Shown here: positions 39,398-48,477 of the stretch, piece after piece | Layout of the letters: each line of letters begins with the position of its first letter | Position numbering within the stretch: the first letter of the stretch is position 1 | Virus record (IMG/VR): IMGVR_UViG_3300028840_002524 | Span: 1 to 64,000 of that record | Strand: one strand, 5' to 3' | DNA: 64,000 nt | Source: a virus | Program-made: the position numbers and the translations under genes | Notes under the pieces: model-generated | The model's database searches: none | What the model was told of the DNA's origin: nothing | What the model saw: only the letters and a program-made list of their open reading frames with translations

Positions 39398-39873
39398 CCA
39401 CCCCGACGAAAAAAGAACTACAGAAGATGTTCGGCCGCTCCTGGTCCTCGGGAGGGGAAACACCCTGCGGGCAGGGGTCTACCCTCGGTAACACCGTCGA
39501 GATGCGCGAGGGGCTGCGCGATTTCATCGTGAAATACGGGGTGGACAAAATTCGGGACTGCGGGTGCGGCTTCGAGGTGAAGGACGTGATCACGGAGCCC
39601 ATTGACGAGTGCGACCTGATCATCTGCAAGGACGTGTTCATTCACTGGACCAACGAGATGATCATGGACGCCATCGCCAATTTCAGGGACTACGGCCAGT
39701 ATCTCTTTGCCGAGAGCACCCCCGGCATCACCAATGCCGACCGCATGACGACAGGGGGAGGCTTCTCTCGTGTGAACCTGGAGGCGCTCCCGTTCAACCT
39801 CGGGGAGCCCATGGAAGTCATCCATGACAAGAAGTTCCGCCGGTACTATGGGTGGTGGGACCTGAACCCCTGA
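39394..39873 (+). CDS. Methyltransferase-like protein, apparently internally shortened
   Basis: GQGST, IRDCGCG and DLIICKDVFIH, but an unusually short spacing between motif I and the DLI motif. Confidence 0.6.
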   Translation: MTTPTKKELQKMFGRSWSSGGETPCGQGSTLGNTVEMREGLRDFIVKYGVDKIRDCGCGFEVKDVITEPIDECDLIICKDVFIHWTNEMIMDAIANFRDYGQYLFAESTPGITNADRMTTGGGFSRVNLEALPFNLGEPMEVIHDKKFRRYYGWWDLNP

Positions 39874-39884
39874 GAGGGCGTACC

Positions 39885-40643
39885 ATGTTCTACAGGTTTG
39901 TAAAAAGCGGCGTTCGACTTCCCCTCGACCTGGACGATATGTACCAGGACGAGGCGTGCTTCATTGCGGGGGGCGCCCCCGTCCTGGAGGACTTCGCCAA
40001 GTTGCTCCACGGCCGCAGGCCGCCAATCCTCGCCATTAACAACGCCGCCACGACGGTGCCCGCCACGTTCTGGGTGGGCGGCGACAAACCGGATTGCATT
40101 GACCGCTCCATCCTCTGCGATCCAACCCTCTTGAAGTTCGGTGTGATCAGCAGAAGGGACTACGCCGTGGAGGGGCGCCCGTGGAAGCTGTGGCCCGGCA
40201 CCCTCTTCTTCGGGACCAAGGACGGATTCAACCAGCGGAACTTCCTCGACCGGCACCGCGATATGTGCTGGTGGAAGAACACGTTTTTTCTTGCTCTCCA
40301 GCTCGCCTACCGCCTGGGTTTCCGGACGGTATACCTCGTGGGCTGCGGCTTCAAAATGGAAAAGGAAAGTCAATACGCATGGAAAACCGCGTTGACCGAT
40401 GAAGAGGTGGCCTGGAACCAGCGCCTCTACAACAACTCCCTTATTCGTTTGAAGGAATTAAAACCTCTCTTTGAAAAAAAGGGACTTCGGGTCGTGAGCT
40501 CTACGCCGGGATCTCTGGCGAATGACATTCTGGAATATGTAGAACCGAGGGATGCGCTGCGCGAGTTCGAGCTTCCCGAGCCGAACACGGTAGTGCTCCC
40601 CCATAGTTCGAAGGTGTCGAAGCCCACGCCCCAGAGGGCATAA
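39885..40643 (+). CDS. Maf/DUF115-like (MptE-like) putative glycosyltransferase
   Basis: CFIAGGAP, ILAINN, ALQLAYRLGFRTVYLVGCGF. Confidence 0.65.
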   Translation: MFYRFVKSGVRLPLDLDDMYQDEACFIAGGAPVLEDFAKLLHGRRPPILAINNAATTVPATFWVGGDKPDCIDRSILCDPTLLKFGVISRRDYAVEGRPWKLWPGTLFFGTKDGFNQRNFLDRHRDMCWWKNTFFLALQLAYRLGFRTVYLVGCGFKMEKESQYAWKTALTDEEVAWNQRLYNNSLIRLKELKPLFEKKGLRVVSSTPGSLANDILEYVEPRDALREFELPEPNTVVLPHSSKVSKPTPQRA

Positions 40644-40685
40644 CCCCGCACGAGAAGCAGGATGAGATTGTGATGGAAGCAAAGC

Positions 40686-41018
40686 ATGGAAGTACCGACT
40701 CAAGCCATGAATACGCTCAGCGATACCGCGTGGGGTGCGCTCTTTGTCATGATGTGTACGACGATGGGATCGGCCATCGTGTACCTCATGCTTTACGTCC
40801 GTTCGCTCAATAGGAAGATCGAGGACCTCGGTGAGAAGCGGACACAGGATGCGAAAGACGATGCAGCCGAGGCTCAGAAGCTTGTGCGAGAGTCTCTGGA
40901 GGCCGTAAACAAGGCAACCCGGGCCATCGAGGAGCTTTCCCGTAAGGTTGGTGAGTGGCATTCGACTACTATGGATGAACTCGCAAACCTTCGACGCAGG
41001 CTCCCAGGAGGAGACTAA
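40686..41018 (+). CDS. Small membrane protein with one TM helix and a coiled coil (holin-like or spanin-like)
   Basis: Hydrophobic N-terminal segment followed by a charged helix. Confidence 0.5.
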   Translation: MEVPTQAMNTLSDTAWGALFVMMCTTMGSAIVYLMLYVRSLNRKIEDLGEKRTQDAKDDAAEAQKLVRESLEAVNKATRAIEELSRKVGEWHSTTMDELANLRRRLPGGD

Positions 41019-41263
41019 TGATGGAAGCCCTCCGAAAATGGGTGAACGCGCTGTTCGGAAAGAACGGTTTCAGCGAGGAGAGCCACGAGATCGAGGTCAA
41101 GCGGATCAAGGAACGCAGGAATTTTCTGAACGATGAAACGCATGCGAACCTCGGTCGTATGGGAAAGGCTTACGAGGATCTCGACATCCCCGAGGCCCCG
41201 GCCTCCGAACCTGACTGCCTGGACTCCGACGCGCTGGACGCCCGAGGATGCGCGGGCCCGTAG
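41018..41263 (+). CDS. Hypothetical protein
   Basis: TAATG coupling, AGGAG RBS. Confidence 0.55.
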   Translation: MMEALRKWVNALFGKNGFSEESHEIEVKRIKERRNFLNDETHANLGRMGKAYEDLDIPEAPASEPDCLDSDALDARGCAGP

Positions 41264-41272
41264 GAGGTTCCC

Positions 41273-41500
41273 ATGACCACCGAGGAAGAGGTCCAGGAGA
41301 TGCTTGAGGCCGTTGTCCCTCCGGACCGGGCGGCCCAGGATACCTACGTCATCGCGGCGTACAAGGACAGCCCAACGGATGAGGGAGAGGTCGGGGTCCG
41401 ACAGGCGCTCATGACCAACGAGGAGCAGTTCGGTCTCGCCGAGGACGCCCTCGACGCCCTCTGGACGTACGTGGGTCTCGAACGCGGCTGGCCCTCGTAG
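41273..41500 (+). CDS. Hypothetical protein
   Basis: AGGAGG RBS. Confidence 0.6.
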   Translation: MTTEEEVQEMLEAVVPPDRAAQDTYVIAAYKDSPTDEGEVGVRQALMTNEEQFGLAEDALDALWTYVGLERGWPS

Positions 41501-41507
41501 TTTTCCA

Positions 41508-41536
41508 TTGGACACCGGCACATCGACCCATAGAAT
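41508..41536 (+). promoter_or_regulatory. Putative sigma70-type promoter
   Basis: TTGGAC/TGGACA, 16-17 nt spacer, TAGAAT, in an intergenic gap. Confidence 0.45.
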
Positions 41537-41616
41537 GGGTGTATCCCATACCCGGGGGGTACCCGGGGGGCACGAACGGCGACCGTTATAGCTCGCTGGC
41601 GGCCCGGGGAGGAAAG

Positions 41617-41904
41617 ATGGCGACTCCGGAAGGGCTTGTTCGTAGATTCTACGGCTGGCTGCACAAGGTTGAGACCGACCTAAAGCGCGACCGAGGCGCG
41701 GCGCCCATCCTGCCGAAACTCCCCACCACACGGCCCACCTCTCTCACCGAAGTCTCGCGCCTGACCGTAGGCGTGTACGGTGCTCTCACCGGCACAAAGC
41801 ACGAGGAACGTGCGGCCTATTGGCGCGGCATCTTCGAGGGAATAGAGCGCGACGGTTGGCAGGATTCCGCGACTGTTGGTAGCGACAGTGGAGAAAAAAA
41901 TTGA
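41617..41904 (+). CDS. Hypothetical protein
   Basis: GGAGG RBS before ATG 41617; the ORF track gives an upstream GTG at 41539. Confidence 0.5.
   Translation: MATPEGLVRRFYGWLHKVETDLKRDRGAAPILPKLPTTRPTSLTEVSRLTVGVYGALTGTKHEERAAYWRGIFEGIERDGWQDSATVGSDSGEKN
41872..41889 (-). promoter_or_regulatory. One-mismatch copy of the 18-bp palindrome
   Basis: ACTGTTGGTAGCGACAGT just upstream of the gp14-like gene. Confidence 0.55.
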
Positions 41905-42476
41905 CTTGGCCGACACGATACCCGGCGTACATTCGGACGGTGATGGGCGTGCAGGCAGAGCACGACATCCGCCGAATCCCCCGCCTGTGGTATTGGCGCT
42001 TCAACCTCGAAACGACCGACGAGGATACGGTCTATGGCGAGGCGGCCGAGACCCTTCGGAAATACCATGACCCCATCGGGGTGCACCTCCTTGTCCGCGA
42101 GTGGTCCAAGGAAGAGGGTCCCACGAAGATGGGGGTAGACAAGGACGTGGACCTCAAGCTCACCATCTCGCTCGCCGAGGTTGCCCGGCTCGGGCAGCAC
42201 TACGGCCTGGGCAACGAGGCCGAGGAAGGATACATCCCCCACGCCGACGACGTGTTCCAATGGCGCGGGGAACTCTATACGGTCACGGAGAGGCTCCGGA
42301 TCGAGAAGATGATCGGCCCCACCCGGTGGGTGGGACTCTACGCGGGCGCGGCCGTGAAGCTCGTACACGACTCGACCGACATGGACAAGCCGATCAGGGA
42401 ACTACCAGACGACCCACCGCAGCCGCCGTGGCCGGTGGAGATGAGGAAAGATGGCGTCAGTCAAGGTACACCATAG
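41901..42476 (+). CDS. Head closure/neck protein (T4 gp14-like)
   Basis: DTVYGEA, KMGVD...LTIS and IPHADDVFQW pattern; gene position. Confidence 0.55.
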   Translation: MTWPTRYPAYIRTVMGVQAEHDIRRIPRLWYWRFNLETTDEDTVYGEAAETLRKYHDPIGVHLLVREWSKEEGPTKMGVDKDVDLKLTISLAEVARLGQHYGLGNEAEEGYIPHADDVFQWRGELYTVTERLRIEKMIGPTRWVGLYAGAAVKLVHDSTDMDKPIRELPDDPPQPPWPVEMRKDGVSQGTP

Positions 42477-43071
42477 CGTGAAGGTCGGCGGCCGGGTCTA
42501 CAAGCTCCGGACGCGCAAACCCTTCATGACCACCTTGGTGGAGAGCGAGATTCGCGCCACGATACCGCAGATGCGTAACGTGGCGTGGGAGACTCGTGAC
42601 CTACTGATCGACAAGGCCCTCGCGGGAACCGCCCAGGGGCGCCAGAAGGTGCTAAGCCGTGGCGACTTCCCCCGCTCCAAGGCCCCCGGCGGGAGGAAGC
42701 AACGGCGCCCCTTCCCATTCGACCGCGACTCCAACCTACGCCTACAGCCTGACTACGTGGACTGGAAGGTCCGCAACGGCTACGACCCGAGGCCCCTGCT
42801 CGCCTCGGGAGGGTACCTTCGAAATCTCGACGTGTTCGAGTCCAGGACCAAGCAGGGCGTGACCTACGCGGTCCGTCTCAGGCGCGGCCGTTCCATCCGG
42901 ACAGGCATCCCCTACTCCATCCTGTGGCGGTGGCTCGAATTCGGGAACTCCACCACCAAGCCCCGTCCGCATTGGCGCCCCACGGCCCGGATCGTGAAGC
43001 GCCTCGTGAAGCGGATTCCAGATGACGCCAGGGCGCAGGCCGTCCGTGATGCTCTCAGGGAAGCAACATGA
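42451..43071 (+). CDS. Putative neck/tail completion protein
   Basis: WLEFGN...PRPHWRP C-terminal motif like HK97-gp10-type proteins. Confidence 0.55.
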   Translation: MASVKVHHSVKVGGRVYKLRTRKPFMTTLVESEIRATIPQMRNVAWETRDLLIDKALAGTAQGRQKVLSRGDFPRSKAPGGRKQRRPFPFDRDSNLRLQPDYVDWKVRNGYDPRPLLASGGYLRNLDVFESRTKQGVTYAVRLRRGRSIRTGIPYSILWRWLEFGNSTTKPRPHWRPTARIVKRLVKRIPDDARAQAVRDALREAT

Positions 43072-43796
43072 TCCGACCGATAGACGAGGCCCTAAAGGGA
43101 TTCTTCGGCCGCCTCCTGTGGGGCGGGCGCTCGATCCCCGTGGTCTACGCCTCCCCGGATCGTGCGTATGGAGAGATCACCCGGTGGCTCGCCCAGAACA
43201 ATCGAATCAAGGTCGAGACGGCCGAAGAGCAGATCAGGGCCAAGAAGCTAAAAATCCCGATGCCCTTCTGCTCCGTCTGGACAGAGCCAATGGACTTCGA
43301 CGCGGAGCGGTTCAGCCCGGGGCGTATCCGTGGGTTCGACCTCGATGAGGAGGCGGGCACGGCGAAGGTCATGAAGGTGCCCAAGCCCGTGGTGGCAACC
43401 CTCCAGGCCGATTTCTGGATGAAGAATGTACACGAGGCCAAGATCCTCGAAACGCAACTTGAGCTGCAATTTTGGGACAACGAGCGGACAATTCCTGTTG
43501 ACTTTTCGGACGACAGGCACTATCAGCCGCCGTATGATGTGCTCGTGCACATGAAAGTTCTGGGGCGCACGAGATTCTGGATCAAAAAGACGGGACCGCT
43601 GACCGACAACAGCGACCTTGAAACCGAGGGGAAACTTCGAAGTATACGACGGACGTTTTCGGGAGAGGTAAGGGCTCAGATTCCTCACGTGCCGCAACTG
43701 CACAAGGTACTCAGGGACCTCACCTACTCCTTTATCGACGATAACACCCAGACCGAGCTCGAATCGCTCGACGTGCAAGTATCTGGAGGACCGTAG
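43068..43796 (+). CDS. Tail terminator/sheath stabiliser (T4 gp15-like)
   Basis: IPVVYASPDR, PMPF; directly upstream of the sheath gene. Confidence 0.6.
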   Translation: MIRPIDEALKGFFGRLLWGGRSIPVVYASPDRAYGEITRWLAQNNRIKVETAEEQIRAKKLKIPMPFCSVWTEPMDFDAERFSPGRIRGFDLDEEAGTAKVMKVPKPVVATLQADFWMKNVHEAKILETQLELQFWDNERTIPVDFSDDRHYQPPYDVLVHMKVLGRTRFWIKKTGPLTDNSDLETEGKLRSIRRTFSGEVRAQIPHVPQLHKVLRDLTYSFIDDNTQTELESLDVQVSGGP

Positions 43797-43798
43797 CA

Positions 43799-46700
43799 AT
43801 GGCGCAGAACGTGGCAGGCATCGACATTCGGGAAATCGACCTATCTCTATACGTCCCGACGGGCAGCAACGCCATCTTCGGCGTCGTGGGCCCCGCCACC
43901 AAGGGCGACACGGACGTGCTCGGGACCTACACGGACGAGGGAAACTTCGTGGCCGCACGCGGCCGTCCCGTGGACCGGCAGCACAGCGTCCGGGCAGGCA
44001 TCCGCTACCTGCGGAACGGCAATCAGCTCAAGCACGTGCGCGTGGCGGGGACGCTGCTCGACACGGCCGAGCTGACACTCCGGAACGCAACCCTGGACAA
44101 GGACATCGTGACCTTCACGGCCAAGTCGCCGGGCACCTGGGCGAACGGAAACGTCCAGATCGGGATCGTGCACAACGGTTCCCCCGCGACCTCCTACGAC
44201 GTTTACGTGTACTTCTACGGCGTGCGCGTGGACGGCGGGGCCTACACCAACATGACCAACGCCACGATCACCACGCTCATGGCGAATGACCCCTACGTGG
44301 ACGTGGCCCTCGACACAGGCGCCGGGACGGATTTCCCCGACGAAACCACCGACGCGGTGACGAGCCAGCTCACCCCCGAGTCCCTCGCAGGCGGCGAGGA
44401 CGGAGCATTCGCCTCGACGCGCTCCGACGACTCCTCGACCGGTGGCCTCGGCGAGCAGACCGCCTACTCGGGCGTCACCATCGCCACAGGCGACGGCGCC
44501 TCCACGACCCTGAGCGGGACCGTGAGCCCCGGAGCACCCATCACGCCGGGCACGTTCATCATCACGAGCCCCGGTCCTGTGGTGTGGACCGACGACGGTG
44601 AGGGCAATCTCGCCAGCGCCGGGCCCGATGCCGGGTTCATCAACTACCAGACGGGCGAGTTCGTCCTGGAATTCACCGCAGCCCCGGCCCTCGCGTCCCT
44701 GATCACGGCGGCATGGACAACCGGGTGGGGCGAGACGGCCGACACGGCCGTGGCCGCAACGCTCGCCTACAGCGGCACGCTCTCGCGGCCGGGCGTCTAT
44801 CCCGGGGCGGCAGCGGGCGCGAACAAGGTTCTCTTCACCCACCTCCTCACGCAGGCAGCGGCAGCCGTGGGCGGCGGTGCGGGAACCGTGAACTTCCTCG
44901 CCCTCTTCGGCGGGGCGGTCTACGTCTCGGATGACATCGAGATCAGCGCCACCATCGGCGCCGTCGTTCGGACGTTCACCTGGGACGGAACCCTGACGGC
45001 GGCCGGGCTCGTGAACGTCGCCTCGGACACAGGAGGCTACACGGCCACAATCGACCCCTCCAACGGGGACACCACATTCTCCACAGGCCCGGACAACGCC
45101 ACGAACATCGACATCGAGGCACGGCATCACGCCTCGGACGACGGCACCGGCGTGCTCACGGGTGTGAACGTGGCTTCCGGAACCATCAACTACCAGACGG
45201 GTGCGTGGACGCTGACCTTCACGGCACAGCCCACGGTGGGAGGCACCATCGACGCCTACTACCGCCACGCCACGATCCTCGGTACCGGTGACGGGTCCAC
45301 CAAGGACTACAGCGGCACCCTGGAGGAATACCCGGTTCGGCCGGGCACCGTGGTGGTCACGGACCTCACGGAAACCTTCACCGACAACGGCGACGGCACC
45401 CTCACGGGTGGCGCGGGCGGAACGGGAACCATCGACTACTGGACCGGTGTGATCTCGGTCTCCTTCTTCGCCAACGTCGCCCTCGGGGATGAGGTGATCG
45501 TGACGGCCGACCGCATCCTGGCCCACATGACCTCCATCCTCGGCGGCCCCATCGGCAACGAGCGCACGATCACCGGCGGCGTGATCACCGACGGCCTCTA
45601 CGCCATCCTCGATTCGGGATCCGTCTCGGGGCTGCGGTTCCGGGTGATGTTCGACAGCGCGGCCGTCGAGACCTACGACAACGTGGCCGACCTCGCCGCC
45701 CTGCTCACCACGGTGAACGGGGTTTCCGAGTACGTCACCCTGGAAAGCCTGATCACGACGGCCGAGCCCGACGTGACGGCGGCCCAGAACGTGGGCATGG
45801 CGGGGGCGTTCACCAACAGCGACGTGGTGGGGGCCAAGGTGGGCAGCACCTACACCGGCCTCCAGCTCTTCTCGAACCCGGACACGGTGCCCTGCCACTT
45901 CATCACCACCCCGGGCATCTTCCACCGGCAGGTCCAGGACGCCGGGATCACCCTGTGCTCCACCGGCGGCCGACGGTGCATCTGGATCCACTCCATGCCC
46001 GACTTCACGCCCCCGGAGCAGATGACCGACGATCTCCCGGGCGTAAACTCGGCCGATCCCGTGCAGGACATGATCGACTACTCGAACGGCTCCTACACGG
46101 CGGTCGCCAAGGTTCCGTACCCGCCCCTCTCGGCCTGGAACTCCTCCTTCGGGGCGGCCTTTGGAACGTGGCTGAACTACTACGACCAGTACACCGACGC
46201 GGACGTGTGGGAACCGCCCGAGGGCGACATCGGCTCCCTCGCCGCCTACACGGACAACAACGCCTATGCGTGGTACCCCATCGCGGGCGAGCAGCGCGGC
46301 GGCGTCCGGGACGTGAACACCATCCGGTACAGCCCGGACAAGAACGAGCGCAAGCTCATGGGCCCCACCACCTCGGTGAGCACGCCCAACGTGATCAACC
46401 CCCTGGTCCGGTTCGAGGGCCGGGGCATCTACCTGTACGGGCAGCGGACCACCCAGAGGAACGCGACCGCCTTGGACCGCATCAACGTGCGGTGGACCCT
46501 GAACGTCGTGGAGAACCAGATCGACGTGGTGTCCCGGGTGTTCCCCTTCGAGATCAACGACGACGTGCTGTGGCGCCAGATCGAAGCCGCCGTCCGGTCC
46601 ATCGTGGACCCCGTGGCCGAGCTCCGAGGGTTCACGGACGTTCGCGTGGTGTGCGACGAAACCACCACGCTCCCCACGGACATCGAGAACTACCGCGCCA

Positions 46701-46807
46701 TCTGCAAGGTGTTCATCAAGCCCGCGCTGGCGATGGAGGAGCTGGAATACCAGATGATCCTCACGCCGCAGGGCGTGGACTTCGACACGGTGGCCCCCGT
46801 CGGCTAA
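43799..46807 (+). CDS. Tail sheath protein (gp18-like) with inserted beta modules
   Basis: N-terminal GIDIREIDLS...GVVGPATKG; C-terminal WYPIAGEQRG, INPL, YGQRT, LDRINVR, FEIND. Confidence 0.95.
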   Translation: MAQNVAGIDIREIDLSLYVPTGSNAIFGVVGPATKGDTDVLGTYTDEGNFVAARGRPVDRQHSVRAGIRYLRNGNQLKHVRVAGTLLDTAELTLRNATLDKDIVTFTAKSPGTWANGNVQIGIVHNGSPATSYDVYVYFYGVRVDGGAYTNMTNATITTLMANDPYVDVALDTGAGTDFPDETTDAVTSQLTPESLAGGEDGAFASTRSDDSSTGGLGEQTAYSGVTIATGDGASTTLSGTVSPGAPITPGTFIITSPGPVVWTDDGEGNLASAGPDAGFINYQTGEFVLEFTAAPALASLITAAWTTGWGETADTAVAATLAYSGTLSRPGVYPGAAAGANKVLFTHLLTQAAAAVGGGAGTVNFLALFGGAVYVSDDIEISATIGAVVRTFTWDGTLTAAGLVNVASDTGGYTATIDPSNGDTTFSTGPDNATNIDIEARHHASDDGTGVLTGVNVASGTINYQTGAWTLTFTAQPTVGGTIDAYYRHATILGTGDGSTKDYSGTLEEYPVRPGTVVVTDLTETFTDNGDGTLTGGAGGTGTIDYWTGVISVSFFANVALGDEVIVTADRILAHMTSILGGPIGNERTITGGVITDGLYAILDSGSVSGLRFRVMFDSAAVETYDNVADLAALLTTVNGVSEYVTLESLITTAEPDVTAAQNVGMAGAFTNSDVVGAKVGSTYTGLQLFSNPDTVPCHFITTPGIFHRQVQDAGITLCSTGGRRCIWIHSMPDFTPPEQMTDDLPGVNSADPVQDMIDYSNGSYTAVAKVPYPPLSAWNSSFGAAFGTWLNYYDQYTDADVWEPPEGDIGSLAAYTDNNAYAWYPIAGEQRGGVRDVNTIRYSPDKNERKLMGPTTSVSTPNVINPLVRFEGRGIYLYGQRTTQRNATALDRINVRWTLNVVENQIDVVSRVFPFEINDDVLWRQIEAAVRSIVDPVAELRGFTDVRVVCDETTTLPTDIENYRAICKVFIKPALAMEELEYQMILTPQGVDFDTVAPVG

Positions 46808-46848
46808 AGCCGGGGAACGCATGACGACCGACTATTAGGAGTAGAAAC

Positions 46849-47388
46849 ATGGCCCTCGCATATCGCTACACGGGCGGCCACCTGCGGCAGGCTCAAGGCA
46901 GGTGGAACGAGCAGAAGAGCAACATGGGGATGATCGAGCTCCACGTGGACACCCTCGGCATCCCCGGGGGGCAGGAAATCCTGTCCCTGTCCTTCTCGGA
47001 AGCGACCATCCCCGGCCGCAAGATCACCCGGGGGCAGATCGAGTACCTGAACGGCACGGTCTTCTACCCGCAGCGGCCCGAGCCCCTGGGCGAAATGCCC
47101 ATCATCTTCCGCGACTACATCGACTCGAACACACGGCTCACCATCGAGCGGTGGTTCGACAAGGTGTACGACGAGCGGACGGGGCTCATGACCGTCACGA
47201 ACCGGCTCAAGGTGTCGGGCCACCTCGTGCTCTTCGGCTCGGACGGCGTGACCGGGATTCGCACCTACACCCTCTTCGGCGTTTTCCCCATGGGCGAACC
47301 CGACATCCGGGTGGACCACAAGACCGGTGAGCAGATCCTCATGGAGATGAACCTCTCCGTGGACCTCATCCAGGGCAAGCGCGTGTAA
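46849..47388 (+). CDS. Tail tube protein (gp19-like)
   Basis: Follows the sheath gene; 179 aa; YTLFGVFP motif. Confidence 0.85.
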   Translation: MALAYRYTGGHLRQAQGRWNEQKSNMGMIELHVDTLGIPGGQEILSLSFSEATIPGRKITRGQIEYLNGTVFYPQRPEPLGEMPIIFRDYIDSNTRLTIERWFDKVYDERTGLMTVTNRLKVSGHLVLFGSDGVTGIRTYTLFGVFPMGEPDIRVDHKTGEQILMEMNLSVDLIQGKRV

Positions 47389-47394
47389 AAGGAG

Positions 47395-47420
47395 TGGGGA
47401 CCTCCGGGGGTCCCCTTCCT
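47395..47420 (+). terminator. Putative terminator hairpin after the tube gene
   Basis: GGGGACC-TCCGG-GGGTCCCC stem-loop followed by a pyrimidine tail. Confidence 0.45.
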
Positions 47421-47447
47421 ATCCATCTATTCTGAAAGGGGCGAAGC

Positions 47448-48320
47448 ATGACCGACGACGCTGCACAGACGGAAGCGGCCGGGAACGGGCACCCGGCAGC
47501 GACCGCCGAGACCGCTGCACCGCCAGCGGCAGAAAAGGGCATCACCCTGCCATACGATCTCCCCTCCAGAGGGGTGTTCTACGGGGAGAAGCTCCCCAAC
47601 GGCACGGTGACCATGTTCCCCATTCGAGGGGAGCAAGAGGAACTCCTCGCCGGGGCCGGGGATGGTGTCGAAGCCACGCCGGTTTTCCGGTCCGTGGTAG
47701 CGCAACTCTCCGACCTCAAGGGCCTCGCTTACGAGGACCTCCTCCTGAGCGACTGGGTGGCCCTTCTCCTGAACCTTCTCGCGTTCTCGTACACGCCTAT
47801 CGTGCGCCTGCGGCCGCGATGCACCTACTGTCACAAGTTCTTCCCCAAGCACGTCAACATCGAGGAGATGCCGTGCACCGTGGTGAAGGATGAGGAACGA
47901 GACAAGTGGGCCTCGGCGTTCAAAACGGACCCTCTTCCGTTCAGCAAGGCCGTCGTGGAGTGGAAATTGCTCACACTCAGCGACATGATCCGGGCGGAGG
48001 AGTGGGCCGAGCAGCAGCAAAGCACCCAGATGACCCCGGGAAGCCCGCTGCACACGTACACCATCGCCCGCCACATCAAGACCATCAACGGCAAGGAGAC
48101 CAAGATTCTCCACGCCATCGACTGGGTGCGGCAGGCGTACGGGCGCGACCTTCGTGCGCTCTCCGAGGAGTTCCGGAAGTGGGAGACGGGCTACGACCTG
48201 ACTCCCAAGTTCAGATGCCCGCACTGTGGGGGCACGTTCCGACAGAAGCTTCCGCTGGACGGCAGCTTTTTTCGTGCGGTTCGTTCCGGACCTGGAGAAT
48301 CTCCGTCGCCAGAGGTTTGA
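47448..48320 (+). CDS. Tail assembly chaperone/baseplate hub assembly protein (gp26-like)
   Basis: YDLPSRGVFY, two CxxC pairs, near-terminal SFF; between the tube and tape measure genes. Confidence 0.75.
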   Translation: MTDDAAQTEAAGNGHPAATAETAAPPAAEKGITLPYDLPSRGVFYGEKLPNGTVTMFPIRGEQEELLAGAGDGVEATPVFRSVVAQLSDLKGLAYEDLLLSDWVALLLNLLAFSYTPIVRLRPRCTYCHKFFPKHVNIEEMPCTVVKDEERDKWASAFKTDPLPFSKAVVEWKLLTLSDMIRAEEWAEQQQSTQMTPGSPLHTYTIARHIKTINGKETKILHAIDWVRQAYGRDLRALSEEFRKWETGYDLTPKFRCPHCGGTFRQKLPLDGSFFRAVRSGPGESPSPEV

Positions 48321-48477
48321 CATCATGGTCCATGGGAAGCAGCCCTACGAGTCGTGGGCTGCGATGACCTCTTGGCAGCGTGAGGATTTCGTGGCTCGGC
48401 TCGCGGACAAGTTCCGCGAGGAGAAAGCGAGACACGATGACGCGATGAGGAAAGCGCGTAGTGGCCGACGCGGTTGA
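48274..48477 (+). CDS. Small chaperone extension ORF, probably reached by frameshift
   Basis: LENL...FDIMVH...MTSWQRE resembles the small ORF after gp26 in T4-like phages; in the +1 frame. Confidence 0.55.
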   Translation: MRFVPDLENLRRQRFDIMVHGKQPYESWAAMTSWQREDFVARLADKFREEKARHDDAMRKARSGRRG

